A stretch of DNA of 64,000 bases from Trichoplax adhaerens. Taxonomy: Eukaryota > Animalia > Placozoa. Under the pieces are notes generated by a model that saw only the letters and a list, made by a program, of their open reading frames with translations, was not told the origin of the DNA and made no database searches. Position 1 is the stretch's first letter, and every line of letters begins with the position of its first letter. Below, piece by piece: positions 53,301-64,000 of the stretch. The translations under genes and the position numbers were made by a program. The stretch lies in the NCBI RefSeq assembly GCF_000150275.1, contig NW_002060944.1:6857102-6921101 (forward strand). Direction: 5' to 3'.

Positions 53301-55864
53301 GATGAAACGAGAATTGTTACAACTTCGCTTTTAATCTTTTTATTTGATCTATGATCGCAGTAGACAAGTGAGAGTTTGCAAGGAGAAGAATTGTTTTAAC
53401 AACTTGCTAGCATATAACATTGAAAACTAAAACAGTCTATGATGTTTTGATTATAGGGTGGTCGCTATTTTAACTTCGAAAATGCTTTAGAATGGGTACT
53501 GTATTTTTCTTCATTTCTGTACTTGTTCCCATTCTCATTCGATTCGGGAGTAAACTTTTTTCAAAGTTGCCCGCCTATCAAATCACAATTGCTATGGGGC
53601 TCAATTGCAATTGTTTTAGCCTGGATCAATATGTTGCTTTACTTCAAGCGGTTAGCATTATACTCTTTAGTTTATATCAGCCGCGATAGATAGTTACATC
53701 AGTATAAATAGATTGTTTTACAAAGATACCTAAATATAACTTTTATTAGAAGAATTAGATCTAAATGAATCAATCTTATTTATTTCATTTCTTACCAATT
53801 TAATATAGGTTTACAGTTGGGATATACGTTGTCATGTTTGTGACTGTATTAAAAAATGTACTGAAGGTAAATTTATTGTGTAATGTCGAAGCTAATTCAA
53901 TCGGACTTAAATTCTTTACTGAAATAAGCATCATTTATGCCATTTATTATCAATAGGTTTTGATTCTGTTCAGTATGTTTATTATTGGATTTGGATTATC
54001 CTTTTATCGAGTCTCAAATGTACTTCGTTGTACAACATTTAACAACAATTGTACCGTTTTTAATCCGACGTCAGTAAGTGGTTGTTACCTCTTGAATTAG
54101 ACCAAACCTAAGATCAAATACTTCATCTTTCAATGTTATACACAGGAGATCATTAAGAGGCTAATAAATAGAATTAAGATTCAGTTGTTAATGTTACGTT
54201 AAGAGTTGTAATTGACATCTTTACTTGATCACTGAGCTGCTCTAAATATGTATACCCTATGAATCGTGGAATAGGCATTTTATAATGTTACAATTCTACT
54301 TTTAGCTTACGGTCTTTGGGACACCAACCTTCTCTATGATTAAATCATTCATTATGATGCAAGGAGAATTTGAATTTGTTGACGACTTTGTTACTGGAGC
54401 AATCAGTCAAACAGCTAATCAAAGATTAACATATCCATATTTTACATTTGCGATATTTGTTATCTTCGTTATTATTATGGCTATCGTCTTAATGAATATG
54501 ATGGTAATTGCATGAATTCCTATTCTTATAGGAAATGAATAATAGAGTACAATGTAGACTACTGTATGACAACTGTTATTACTAAAAATGACAACTTTAG
54601 GTTGGTTTAGCGGTAGGCGATATCGAAGCGGTTCAGAAATTTGCTAGCTTAAGTAGGATTAAAAGACAGGTAATGTCAACAGAAACGTCCTTATTTAGCA
54701 TGGCATTTCTGTATTAATCTTTGGTAATGGAGTTGGTTAAATAGTAGAATTTGGCTGCTTATCTAAAGAAATTTCATAGAATAGTTTTAATCTTAAAATA
54801 ACGTAAGGAACTTGTAAACTTATTTAAGGTGGAGTCATTCGATGATATGGAAAGTGTTTTACCGATAAGCATCCTAAAGTTGACCTATCGACCTAAAGTC
54901 GTTGCTAAACCTAACGTTACTAGATCAAAGGTACTGCTATGATATAATTTCTATTAATTGCGTCATATGCCTTTTCTGTAACTTAGTTAACATTTTATCT
55001 AAGGTAATATTTTTTCAATTTCTTGTATCAATACTTAATAAGAATTGTTATTTTATAACAATAATTTATTACGATGACCCGCTAGCGACTGTTGTAGTGG
55101 TTGTATAAGGTGTCTTTTGTGTTAATGTATCATTCATTTATTCTTACACGTTTAATAATACGCTTCATAATACGTCGGTCTATGCGTATCCGTACTTTAG
55201 TATGAAATAGTTTTTCTTGACTATTTTACCTTATTCACAAAATTGATCTGTTATGGCTCTCATAATGATAATTATTAGTTCCCGAGTTAAATATGGTGCA
55301 ATTTTTTATGTACTATGTTCAAACGGAATATCATTTTATAGCAGTAATTAATATAATTTTATGTTCACACCGTTACTAATTTTCGTTTTAAGGCTTACGA
55401 ATTTTTCAAGCTGGCACAAAAGAAGATCGAAGACTATACTTCTGAATACTTTGAAAGTAATACGCAAGATCGACAGACAGATTTAGTTAATTATTTCCAA
55501 GATGAAATTGAGACATATAAGAAAAGGTGCAAATATCACCTCATCTTTCAATTCGCAATTGATCTTTATTATATACTTACTTATCTGTGAACCTTTACTA
55601 CTTTCTTGATATAATATTAGAATTGCATCATTACATGGTTATATGACGCTTCAAACAGAAGTGTTGATGAAGATTAATTCAAAACTGTGCAAAAAAGATG
55701 GCAAAGCATCTACTCTCCGCACACCTCGTCCCTCCAGTGCTCAACCGCTACCTTCTCGTATTGCTGATGAGCTAATTAATATAGCCAAGACAGCAACAGA
55801 ACCAGATATAGGGGATGAACCAGTTGTAGTATCTAATGATGACGATCATTTATCGGCATTATAA
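44341..55864 (+). CDS. TRPA1: TRPA1-like ankyrin-repeat cation channel, many exons
   Basis: About 16 ankyrin repeats (e.g. TPLHLAARKGH, TPVHLACKRGH), LLNHPLCQSLLSLKW, GIYVVMF, pore FIMMQGEFEF, S6/TRP-like IVLMNMMVGLAVGDIEAVQKFASLSRIKRQ, and a C-terminal coiled-coil-like region. The assignment of exon 1 (44341-44493) is less certain. Confidence 0.92.
44540..45000. repeat. Diverged tandem repeat (2-3 copies) in TRPA1 intron 1
   Basis: TGTCTTAAA.TTGCTTT..CATACTGTA...AAGACCAC.ATCTAAAT at ~44572 and ~44701, with a weaker copy at ~44928. Confidence 0.65.
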
Positions 55865-58189
55865 GTTATTTTATGAGGGCTATTGACAGCGATATCTTAA
55901 AGGAACTCATCTATCTGTTTCTTGTAATTAGTAATGAATCCGCTAATATATTTATATTCGGTATAAATTTTATCTGCGCAATAGATATATATGACTCATG
56001 GAAACGAATATGATTAGCATTATCTGATATGCTATTAACGTGTGGTATTTTTATTCTTGCGAGTATCATAGAGAACAATATAATTACAAATGGCTATATA
56101 TATTCCAGTTGCCAATTTTGTAGATGTACTATTAGTCAAATTCATGATCTAAGCCTTATCACATGGTCCGAGGTATTACTTTGACAAAATTCCATGGAAT
56201 GCGCGGTCAATTAGACTAGTTGATTTTATCACTGTTTGCGCCGTCAGTGCGGTATTATCTTAGGTTTAACTATCCGTAAGATAAACTTTATTATGCTCTT
56301 ATACGAATGTACTACGATATGTGTGACAGTATTCTCAATCTTTAATGATTACGGTTTACTAGCGATATTGCTATCTTACACCTAGTAACTTTTAAGGACT
56401 AAATATGTCGAATTACAACTTTGGTGTTAACCAAGTTCGAGTTTTATTTAATGAATGAAAGCCCAAGTATTTTTCTACCACTCTTAATAATTGAAGTCAT
56501 CAAAGACTCCGCTTTAACTCCAATACTGATTAAAATTATCATGCTATAAGAAAATTTGCATGATTTCGGAATATTGTTTCGTTGGTATTGTTCAATATAG
56601 ATCGCTCGACTGTTCTCGTTTGTTTTATTGGCATATCCTATTACTTGTTATTAAATTATAATCAAAATTGTTGACGTTTGGGTATTATTATTTATGCTTG
56701 CTCAAGATAATTCGAAATGGACTTTGTAGAAGATACACTTATTTAAAATTTCTTAAATGTATAGTATCACTAATTGCATAATAAAATTTACTTTCGGTTA
56801 TTATGAGTTATCGTCTTGTAGCAACGTATAATCTGGGACACTTTATTCTATAGCAAGACCAATTTTCGATCACTAAGTATTTATAAGTAATGAATGATTT
56901 ATTTCTCCATGAGCTTATATCGTAATAAGGTAAATTTTATGATCTAACAAGTGGAGAATCGATAAATGCAGCAGTAGTTTAATTGCCGTAATCAATCAAC
57001 TGTAGTTAGACTAAACGTGGTGATAAGTGTAGCTTTAACAATATTGATAGGCAGTTAGTTTTTATTAACCTAGTAAAATGGTATAAAGTTATTGCTTCTA
57101 TTGTAACTAGATTTTGATAGCATCAATAGAAAATTATTTTGGGTGGGTAATCTATAACTAACTCCATGTTACATCAAATCATAAAGTTATTAGAAGTTGA
57201 TATTTAGCAATTTGCAATTCACAATTTTGTACAACTTGTTATTTGAAATATTTACGAAGCTTTGAAATTCTTCAAATTTAATTTACGGAGTATCGAGTTG
57301 CTCCACACCATTAAATAGAATAAACTAGGTTTTATGTAGAAATCTATTAATAATAATTAAGGTCCGTTGTTATAGCTAGTCCAGCGTATCGTCTACTTCA
57401 GATAAAGAAAAATCTCTCTATTCAATGAACAGTGTTGATTCTTGATATTCGTATTGTAATGATGTGAGTTTCAATCTATTCATTGCATCTCCTTATTAGA
57501 TTAGCTACATCGCGAAATATTAAGAAGCCAGTTTAAAAACTTTAATAATTGATTGCATTTAGGCATTTATTATATCTTTTAGTAGTCGCATTAGCGTATT
57601 TTAATTTCTTTTTTAGATAACATGAAAATAACAGTACATTTTTTGTTCTATTTATTTTTATGGAAATCCTTAAAGTATTATAAGTGTTGTCCTGTTGTCT
57701 ATCTTTGAATGTTTATCTTCATATATGCTGTGTATACGTTTGTAAAATATGAATGTTTCATTCTTCATACCTTCACATTTTTCTATAGCAAAGCTAACTA
57801 TAAATCGTCTATTGGTTATTTTAAAGACAACACAGCTGAATTATTTATAATGTTATCATCTTCACATTTGACTCCTTGTCCTACTATTTCTATCGATTTC
57901 GTTGAATGTTATTGGATAAGCTTAATAGACATGAACATTGAGGGGGGAGTGTACAGTATTCTTTATTTGTTTTAATGGAACTGCATGATTAATGATCGAC
58001 TACATCGAACTTGTAATCCATCTTCAACTTGCGATTTCTATAAGCACATACTATTAATTTGTCCTCTGTATCATACAATATTCTTCATTGTCAATTTTAA
58101 TAAGGCTTCATGGCTCATCAGAAACCACATCTAGTTGTTTATCTCTGATTTAAAAATTACAGAGTATACTGGATAAAATGCAATCAACA

Positions 58190-58940
58190 AAATGATAATA
58201 GAATCGTTATGAAGAGTCATTGTAACTTCTTTCAACTATAATTTGCAAGCTATAAAATGCCACTAAAACAGTTTAAGCAATCACAGCATTTCAATCATAG
58301 TTGGCAATCAGTAAAATGATAATGGGCTGTTTTAAGCAATCATTACATTTATTTCAAGCATATTTGCAAACAACAAAATGGCTTTAAACACGGTTTTAAG
58401 CAATTATAACATTTACGTATTTTAAGCATAATTTGTAGCAACTGTTTCTAAGCCAAGTCATCATCATCAGACTATTAGTATAACACTAAAACACCCTAAA
58501 ATAATGAACAGTCATCCTGCTGATGAAAGAAAGTTTGCAATATTCGTATGCCTAATTATCATGACTAGAATGTGGCCTGTGAATCAATCAATACCGGCTT
58601 TCCCTCCCACTTTACTAGCCAATGATGAATCGATAGTCAACTGATGATTTGCAAGCAACAAAATGGAACTACAATAATACAGTTTTTGAGCAATGATAGC
58701 ATTAACAGTATTTTGAGCATAATTTTGTAGCAACTATTTTAGAACCAAATCATTATCGCCAGACTATTAGTGGAACGCCCTAAATAATTGGACAGTCATC
58801 CTGTTGATGAAAGAAAGGCTACAATATTCGTATACCTACCTGTGGTGACTAAAAAGTAGCCAGAGAGTCAATCAATACCGGCTTTCCTCTCCTACTTTAT
58901 TAGCCAATAATGATTCGATCGATAGTCGACTGATGACGTT
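58190..58940. repeat. Diverged short tandem units plus a ~290-bp direct duplication
   Basis: TTAAGCAATCA..ATTTGCAA..A.AAAATG units. The block ATCAT..TC..CAGACTATTAGT...ACAGTCATCCTG.TGATGAAAGAAAG...TCAATCAATACCGGCTTTCC...ACTGATGA occurs at ~58425-58648 and ~58715-58937. Confidence 0.85.
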
Positions 58941-58949
58941 GTACTGATA

Positions 58950-59592
58950 AAGTAAAGTCTATTCTTATCTTTATCAATTTAACATTGTTCAATGAGGGGA
59001 AAACAATATAAAATTAAGGTGGGTTCTATTGTTTATTCATACCCAACCGCTGTTATCGCCACTATCTAAGGATCAAACAATAGACATTAATCCAATTAAC
59101 TCTTATACGAGCCAAGTAAGAAAACTGTGCCCATTTTCTGCGCACGATAGCAGTGGTAATGTTCCCGATCCAGTCATTAAATCAAGTCATTTTGAGTAGA
59201 ATACTCCTATAAATTAGTGGATGGAAACAGTTGATTTACAGCACCCAAATTATGTTTACTTTGCGAATATAGTCAATCCCTGTATTGGATAATAAGTATC
59301 ACATCAACAATTTAACTACTACAACCATTATTAAGTTTTATTCATAGCCTGCGTACACTGTAGCGGCAGGCAACGAATTGTTGATCCTCCTGTAGGGAGT
59401 AACCTTGATTATCCTCTGCTTTTACGTCCACGATGGAATGAGATAATTAGAGAGCGAGTCTACTTTAGACACGCATAAAGATTGAAGTTGTTGGAGACTT
59501 TTATTGATATTAGTTGGGATATAATATCCCACTCTAGCCAGGCTTATAAATCGGCAAGATTGGTCGTTAAACTACAGCGTAAACGTCGTTAA
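58950..59592 (+). pseudogene. Degraded minor capsid (penton)-like reading frame 1
   Basis: A mostly single frame with stops and short shifts: QFNIVQ*GENNIKL...ETVDLQHPNYVYFANIVNP (59224-59280)...YPLLLRPRW...IDISWD...ARLVVKLQRKRR*. Recognised by eye only. Confidence 0.35.
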
Positions 59593-59599
59593 GAATCTA

Positions 59600-60895
59600 G
59601 GTAAGAAAATATAGAATTGATCCATTTAAAATATCATCCCAATTCAAAGGAGTCTATGATAGAGTTCAGACTTGGATATAACATTCAAATCGTGAGAAAA
59701 ATTTAATCAACACTATAAGATTGATTTGTCAAGTACTACTAGTCTAAATCGTCAAGACCTGTCCTAAACGATCTTTTATCGTAAGCATTTGCTCATGATT
59801 AATCTATATAAGAAAAATGGATTAATCCATTTTAAATATCATCTTAATTCAAGGGAGTCTACTGTACTGTATAGTAGAGTTTAGACTAGGACATAACATT
59901 CAAGTCTTGAGAAATTTGAGATTGATCTGTCAAGTATTAGTTATCCAAATCGTCGAACCGAGTCCCCTAATCGATCTTTTATCTTAAGCATTTACTGATA
60001 ATTAATTAATCCGTACAAGAAAATGAATTAAGCTATTTTAAACATCATCTAATTCGGGGAGTCTATGATAGTGTTTAGACTTGGAAATAATATTCAGGCT
60101 GCGAGACATTTTGTCGATAGTACTAGGGATTTATTTATCGCGCGTTAGCAGATCAAATCGTCAAGACTTGTCACTAAGCTATCTTTGATCGTAAACACTT
60201 GCTGATAGTTAACCTGTATATAAGAAAAATGAATCAATCCATCAGTAAGTATAACCCTAATTTAAGGGAATCTACTGTAAAGCTTAGACTAGACAAAGTA
60301 CTAAAGCTGTGTGATATTTTATCGATATTACTTGAGAATAGCTTATCATACTAACGTTAATAGGCCAAATCGCCAGGACTTGTTTCTGGACTGCGAGTAT
60401 CTTTAATGGCAAGCATTTACTAATGATAGATTTATATAAGAGAAATGAATTAATACTTTTTCAAACATTAACCTAGTTTAAGGGAATCTATAGTAAAGCC
60501 TAGACTAGATAAAATACTAAAGTTATGGGATATTTTATCGAAATCCCTTGAGATAGATTTTTGTCATATTAGCTGGTAAACTGTCTTATTTCGCAAGTAT
60601 TTACTAATCATTAAAGTAAGAATAACGAATTCATCGTTTCAAACATTAGATAGCTTTAGTCAGAGGTGTCTAAACTTTAAATAACATTATTCTGCCTTGA
60701 AATATCAAATCGATAAAACTAAAGATTGATTTATCTTCAGTTAGCAGGCCAATTCGTCTTTAAACTACTTCTATCGTCAACAATGGCTTATATTGCATAA
60801 TAGATAATAAAGAATTAATTAATCTAAGTAAGAAATATGAATTAATCATTTTTAAACGTAATCATCACTAGAGGAATCTAGAGTATCGTCTAGGC
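59600..60895. repeat. Diverged ~207-bp tandem repeat, about 6.3 copies
   Basis: Unit starts (TAAGAAAA.TGAATTAATC..TTT.AAA.ATCA...AATT.AAGGGA.TCTA...AG..TAGACT.G) at ~59602, 59809, 60016, 60221, 60437, 60617 and 60829. Confidence 0.92.
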
Positions 60896-61380
60896 TTTGT
60901 TGATATTACTCAAGGTCCATTTCGCTTACGATCACCATAGAGGTAAACGGGGAAGGAAAATTTGAATATTACGCTACAAAAACTCGTCTGTTAACATTGC
61001 TAATAAGTCATAGTACGTTAATTATGATCCAAGAAAGAGAAATGAGTTGAGTTTTCTTATTGAAAGCTTGAATATTTCATGACATCGACTTTGGTAGTAT
61101 TCGATATACGTTTACTCTAAGATTGCTGCACACCATCGAGTTGAACATGGATTCTAACTTAATTTCGTCATATTGAACGATTTACGGTGATGATTTCCAT
61201 CGCCCAGTCTTATAGTACACTCGATAATTGGGATAGAACTCATTCTAGATCGATATAAAAAAAACTAATCCATAAAAATCGTATAGACAACTGTTGACCA
61301 CCATAATCTACTGGACAAGATATAACCAGTCATTGTGCATTAACCAATATTTTCATTTCTACGCCAACAACGTTAACTTT
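60895..61380 (+). pseudogene. Degraded minor capsid (penton)-like reading frame 2
   Basis: YSIYVYSKIAAHHRV (61098-61142) is followed, after a frameshift, by FHRPVL*YTR*LG*NSF*IDI (61195-61257). This resembles the Polinton penton motifs lYvYcdiv..q.vGd and F..P.Y.pl....F..IeI as I recall them. Confidence 0.45.
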
Positions 61381-61544
61381 ATTCAATCTTAGCTTTTCGT
61401 AATCAATGGCTAGTTGTCATGTTGTCTAACCTATTGGCGTAAATTCGTTGCGTCTAAAATAGCTCAGGATGTAGTAGAACGTTTTATAATAATCTATTCC
61501 ATTTGTATAAGAAGGCTAGAATAGTCCACCTGGAAAACTATCGT

Positions 61545-62135
61545 AGTTGCCTAAGCAGTGTAGTAAAACCGGCAAATCGTCCGTAAACTACTTCATGAAC
61601 AAACTCTTCTTAGTATTACATTATTCCCTATCATTTAATCTTGAATCATTTATTCTTGGAGTAAAGAAGAAGTTGGCTACCCCAGTCGCAGCGCGAACCG
61701 ACAAAGCTTCTATAAATTACAGTAGCTCTTCAATCAACTATTCTTAGTATTATTCTCTATCATTTATTCTTGAAGTGAAGAAGTTGGCTAGTCTAGCCTC
61801 AGCACGAAACCATTCTCAGTATTACTCCTTGTCATTTATCCTTGTTGGAGTGAAAAAGACGTTGGCTAGTCCAGCTACAGCACAAACTGACAAACATTCT
61901 ATAAGCTACAAGGTACTTCCTGAACAAAGTTTTCTTAGTACTGTATTCTTCCCTATCATTTATCCTTGAAGTGAAGAAGTTGCCAAGTCGGTTGGTGATT
62001 ATCACGACAAATCCACTGTAAATCCTTTGAAGTAGAGACGAAGTTGCCTATTCTCGCTACAACACAAACCAACAAAGTCTCCGTAAACTACCTCCTGAAC
62101 AAACTGTTGCTAGTATTGCCTTATTCTCTGTCATC
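61545..62135. repeat. Diverged tandem repeat, about 6 units of 65-125 bp
   Basis: The recurring pattern GAAGAAGTTG(G/C)CTA...GACAAA...TTCTTAGTA.T...TTCCCTATCATTTAT.CTTGAA has anchors near 61546, 61672, 61783, 61861, 61979 and 62043. Confidence 0.88.
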
Positions 62136-62139
62136 GATC

Positions 62140-62891
62140 TCCGAAAAGGTTAACCATTTTTATCCCTGAAAAAAGTCCCTAGTCTAGCATCAACCACCAT
62201 CATAAGCTACCCTACTACCATAGAGAAGCCCGGCCTTGTGGGTCTTTCATGCACGGTAGGATGGCTAGGGCATCGCTGTGAATATTATACGGGTGTATAC
62301 GAGTGTTTGCATACAAAACCATGCTACGATTACTTGGTAAGGAAACATGTCCATCATTAAATCCATTCTTTCCGTCTCCATTACGGCCAACATGGATCAA
62401 ATATCTTTCATACCGTTGTAAGATGGCTTTCAACGATTTGACGTGCTGAGAAAAAGTATTTATTGACTTCTGTAGTATTTACTTTAATAGAGTAAATTTG
62501 ATTTCATTATGCAATCCAACCGGAAAAGAGTAAATTGGGGAATTCATTGCATACTGCCATTGAAAAAATTTTTTCTCATCAATGTTCACTTAACCTTGTC
62601 AACATTTCTAGCTTGAGGACTATAGAATCCAATCCAACTCAGGAAACATTTTACTCTATTACCGCTATATGTGATCCTGACCATTTCAGTCTATGAATTG
62701 AAAAGATTCATTTAACAAACGTTGTAACTTTTCAAGCGCCATTTTCCAAGTTTTGAAATTGTCAGTGAAATCTCCTTTACAAAGGGATTTTCAAGCATTC
62801 CATAACTATCCCAATAGTCATCTACTGTAAACATCAGTCAATCCAACTGCAATAGAGCTATGAAAAATTCTTGGTCACTGCAGTCAGCCAT
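62140..62891 (-). pseudogene. Degraded minor capsid (penton)-like reading frame 3
   Basis: ATG at 62891 gives MADCSDQEFFIAL.., then a disrupted middle, then SMVLYANTRIHPYNIHSDALAILPC (within ORF 62215-62433), and FFRDKNG*PF at ~62173-62144 (cf. penton C-terminal I.D..G..i.F). Confidence 0.4.
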
Positions 62892-64000
62892 TGACTAACT
62901 AATTGTTATAATAATTAATTATTATTAAATTCATTTAGGATATTCAACAACATTTCAATATTATTCATTGGTTCCTGGCTTCTAGACGACAAAATCATAG
63001 TTCATTCAGTCATGAATCCAGGTGATCAAAAACAAATCGAATTAACTGTCAGAAATCCTGGCATCACTAATCGTAAACAAGGCCGTAAGAAAAATGACGA
63101 TGAAAGACCTGGACGCAAGAACACTACCACTGGTATTTCCACTAACATCTATCAGGTCAGACATTAGAAATTAGTTTGTAAAGGATATCCGATTTTTGTT
63201 TACTTATTCTGCATTAGTAAGGAGTACATGGAATGACCTACCTACCTACTGTACTTGGCCTTTTAAAATACACGTCGACGGCATATTATTTCGTTCTGGT
63301 TTCTGCATGAACAATCGTCAAATTTTCAAGAAATATTTTAATCATTAGTAATTACTTCAATAGTACTCTATTTCTGGAAGAAGAGATTGTTTTCCCCTCT
63401 CCTTTATAAATGGGTTAGGAATTTTGCGATACGGTAGATTAGAAAGATAGAGATAATAATTGTTTAAAAAATAGTCTTTCAAGTGGAGTAATAATAAAAT
63501 TATTTAAGAGTCCAGACTGTACGTGCACACGAACTATCACAAGTAGAATAATCTAGTTGTCGAATGTAAAGTAAAAGGTACAAGCATAGTAAGCGTACAC
63601 GAAGTATAACGAACGAGGGATAAACTAGTATTTATAATTTTAAAGATCAGCAGTGATGCATTTATCCCTCTTCATATTATCGGCATTGATCGTTGATTGG
63701 TAGGCTTAGATTACTGCTTTGGGAAAAGTTCCTTGCTTGTCTTCTTTATAAATAGATCAATCATTTTATGATATTGTCCATTAAAATGATAGAATCAATG
63801 TCGTCTACAGTTGATAGACCTATGATAACCCTAATCCTAACCTTATACAGTACATCCATTTTAATTCACTTCAAATTGGAAGCATTTATTGCCGATTATT
63901 TATTAATAAATGGATCAGTAATTCCAACTTTATACTGTCTATTATTCTGAAAGATAGATGTAAGGAAGAGGTAAGTAATTAGCAACGAGATTGTTCCATC

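Noticed and set aside
58510-58940. C/D-box snoRNA pair suggested by TGATGA...CTGA in the duplicated block
   Set aside because: The block is intergenic and ~130 nt long, with no recognisable rRNA-antisense element. It is better explained as part of the local duplication.
61547-61969. ORFs 61547-61747 and 61775-61969 with similar peptides
   Set aside because: The similarity comes from the underlying tandem DNA repeat, whose units do not keep frame.

Overview
This is a eukaryotic, AT-rich, intron-dense animal genomic window. The compact introns, (ACAGT)n/TACAG microsatellite and gene set suggest a placozoan such as Trichoplax, but that is an inference. The central ~47 kb holds ten spliced protein-coding genes in strictly alternating orientation, forming five head-to-head pairs: TRMT1(-)/synaptogyrin(+), synaptogyrin paralog(-)/ZNF598(+), DNAI2(-)/NUBP2(+), ECSIT(-)/RPSA(+) and an RDH-like SDR(-)/TRPA1(+). 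Four of the five divergent intergenic regions are packed with TACAG/CTGTA pentamer arrays and palindromes. Both flanks are gene-poor and carry stop-riddled reading frames that the ORF track largely misses. By eye, these resemble Polinton/adintovirus-type capsid genes: a major-capsid-like remnant at ~1-760, and three minor-capsid (penton)-like remnants at ~58.9-62.9 kb. Each remnant is bordered by, or lies near, a different tandem-repeat array. The viral calls rest on manual motif recognition only and need profile searches.
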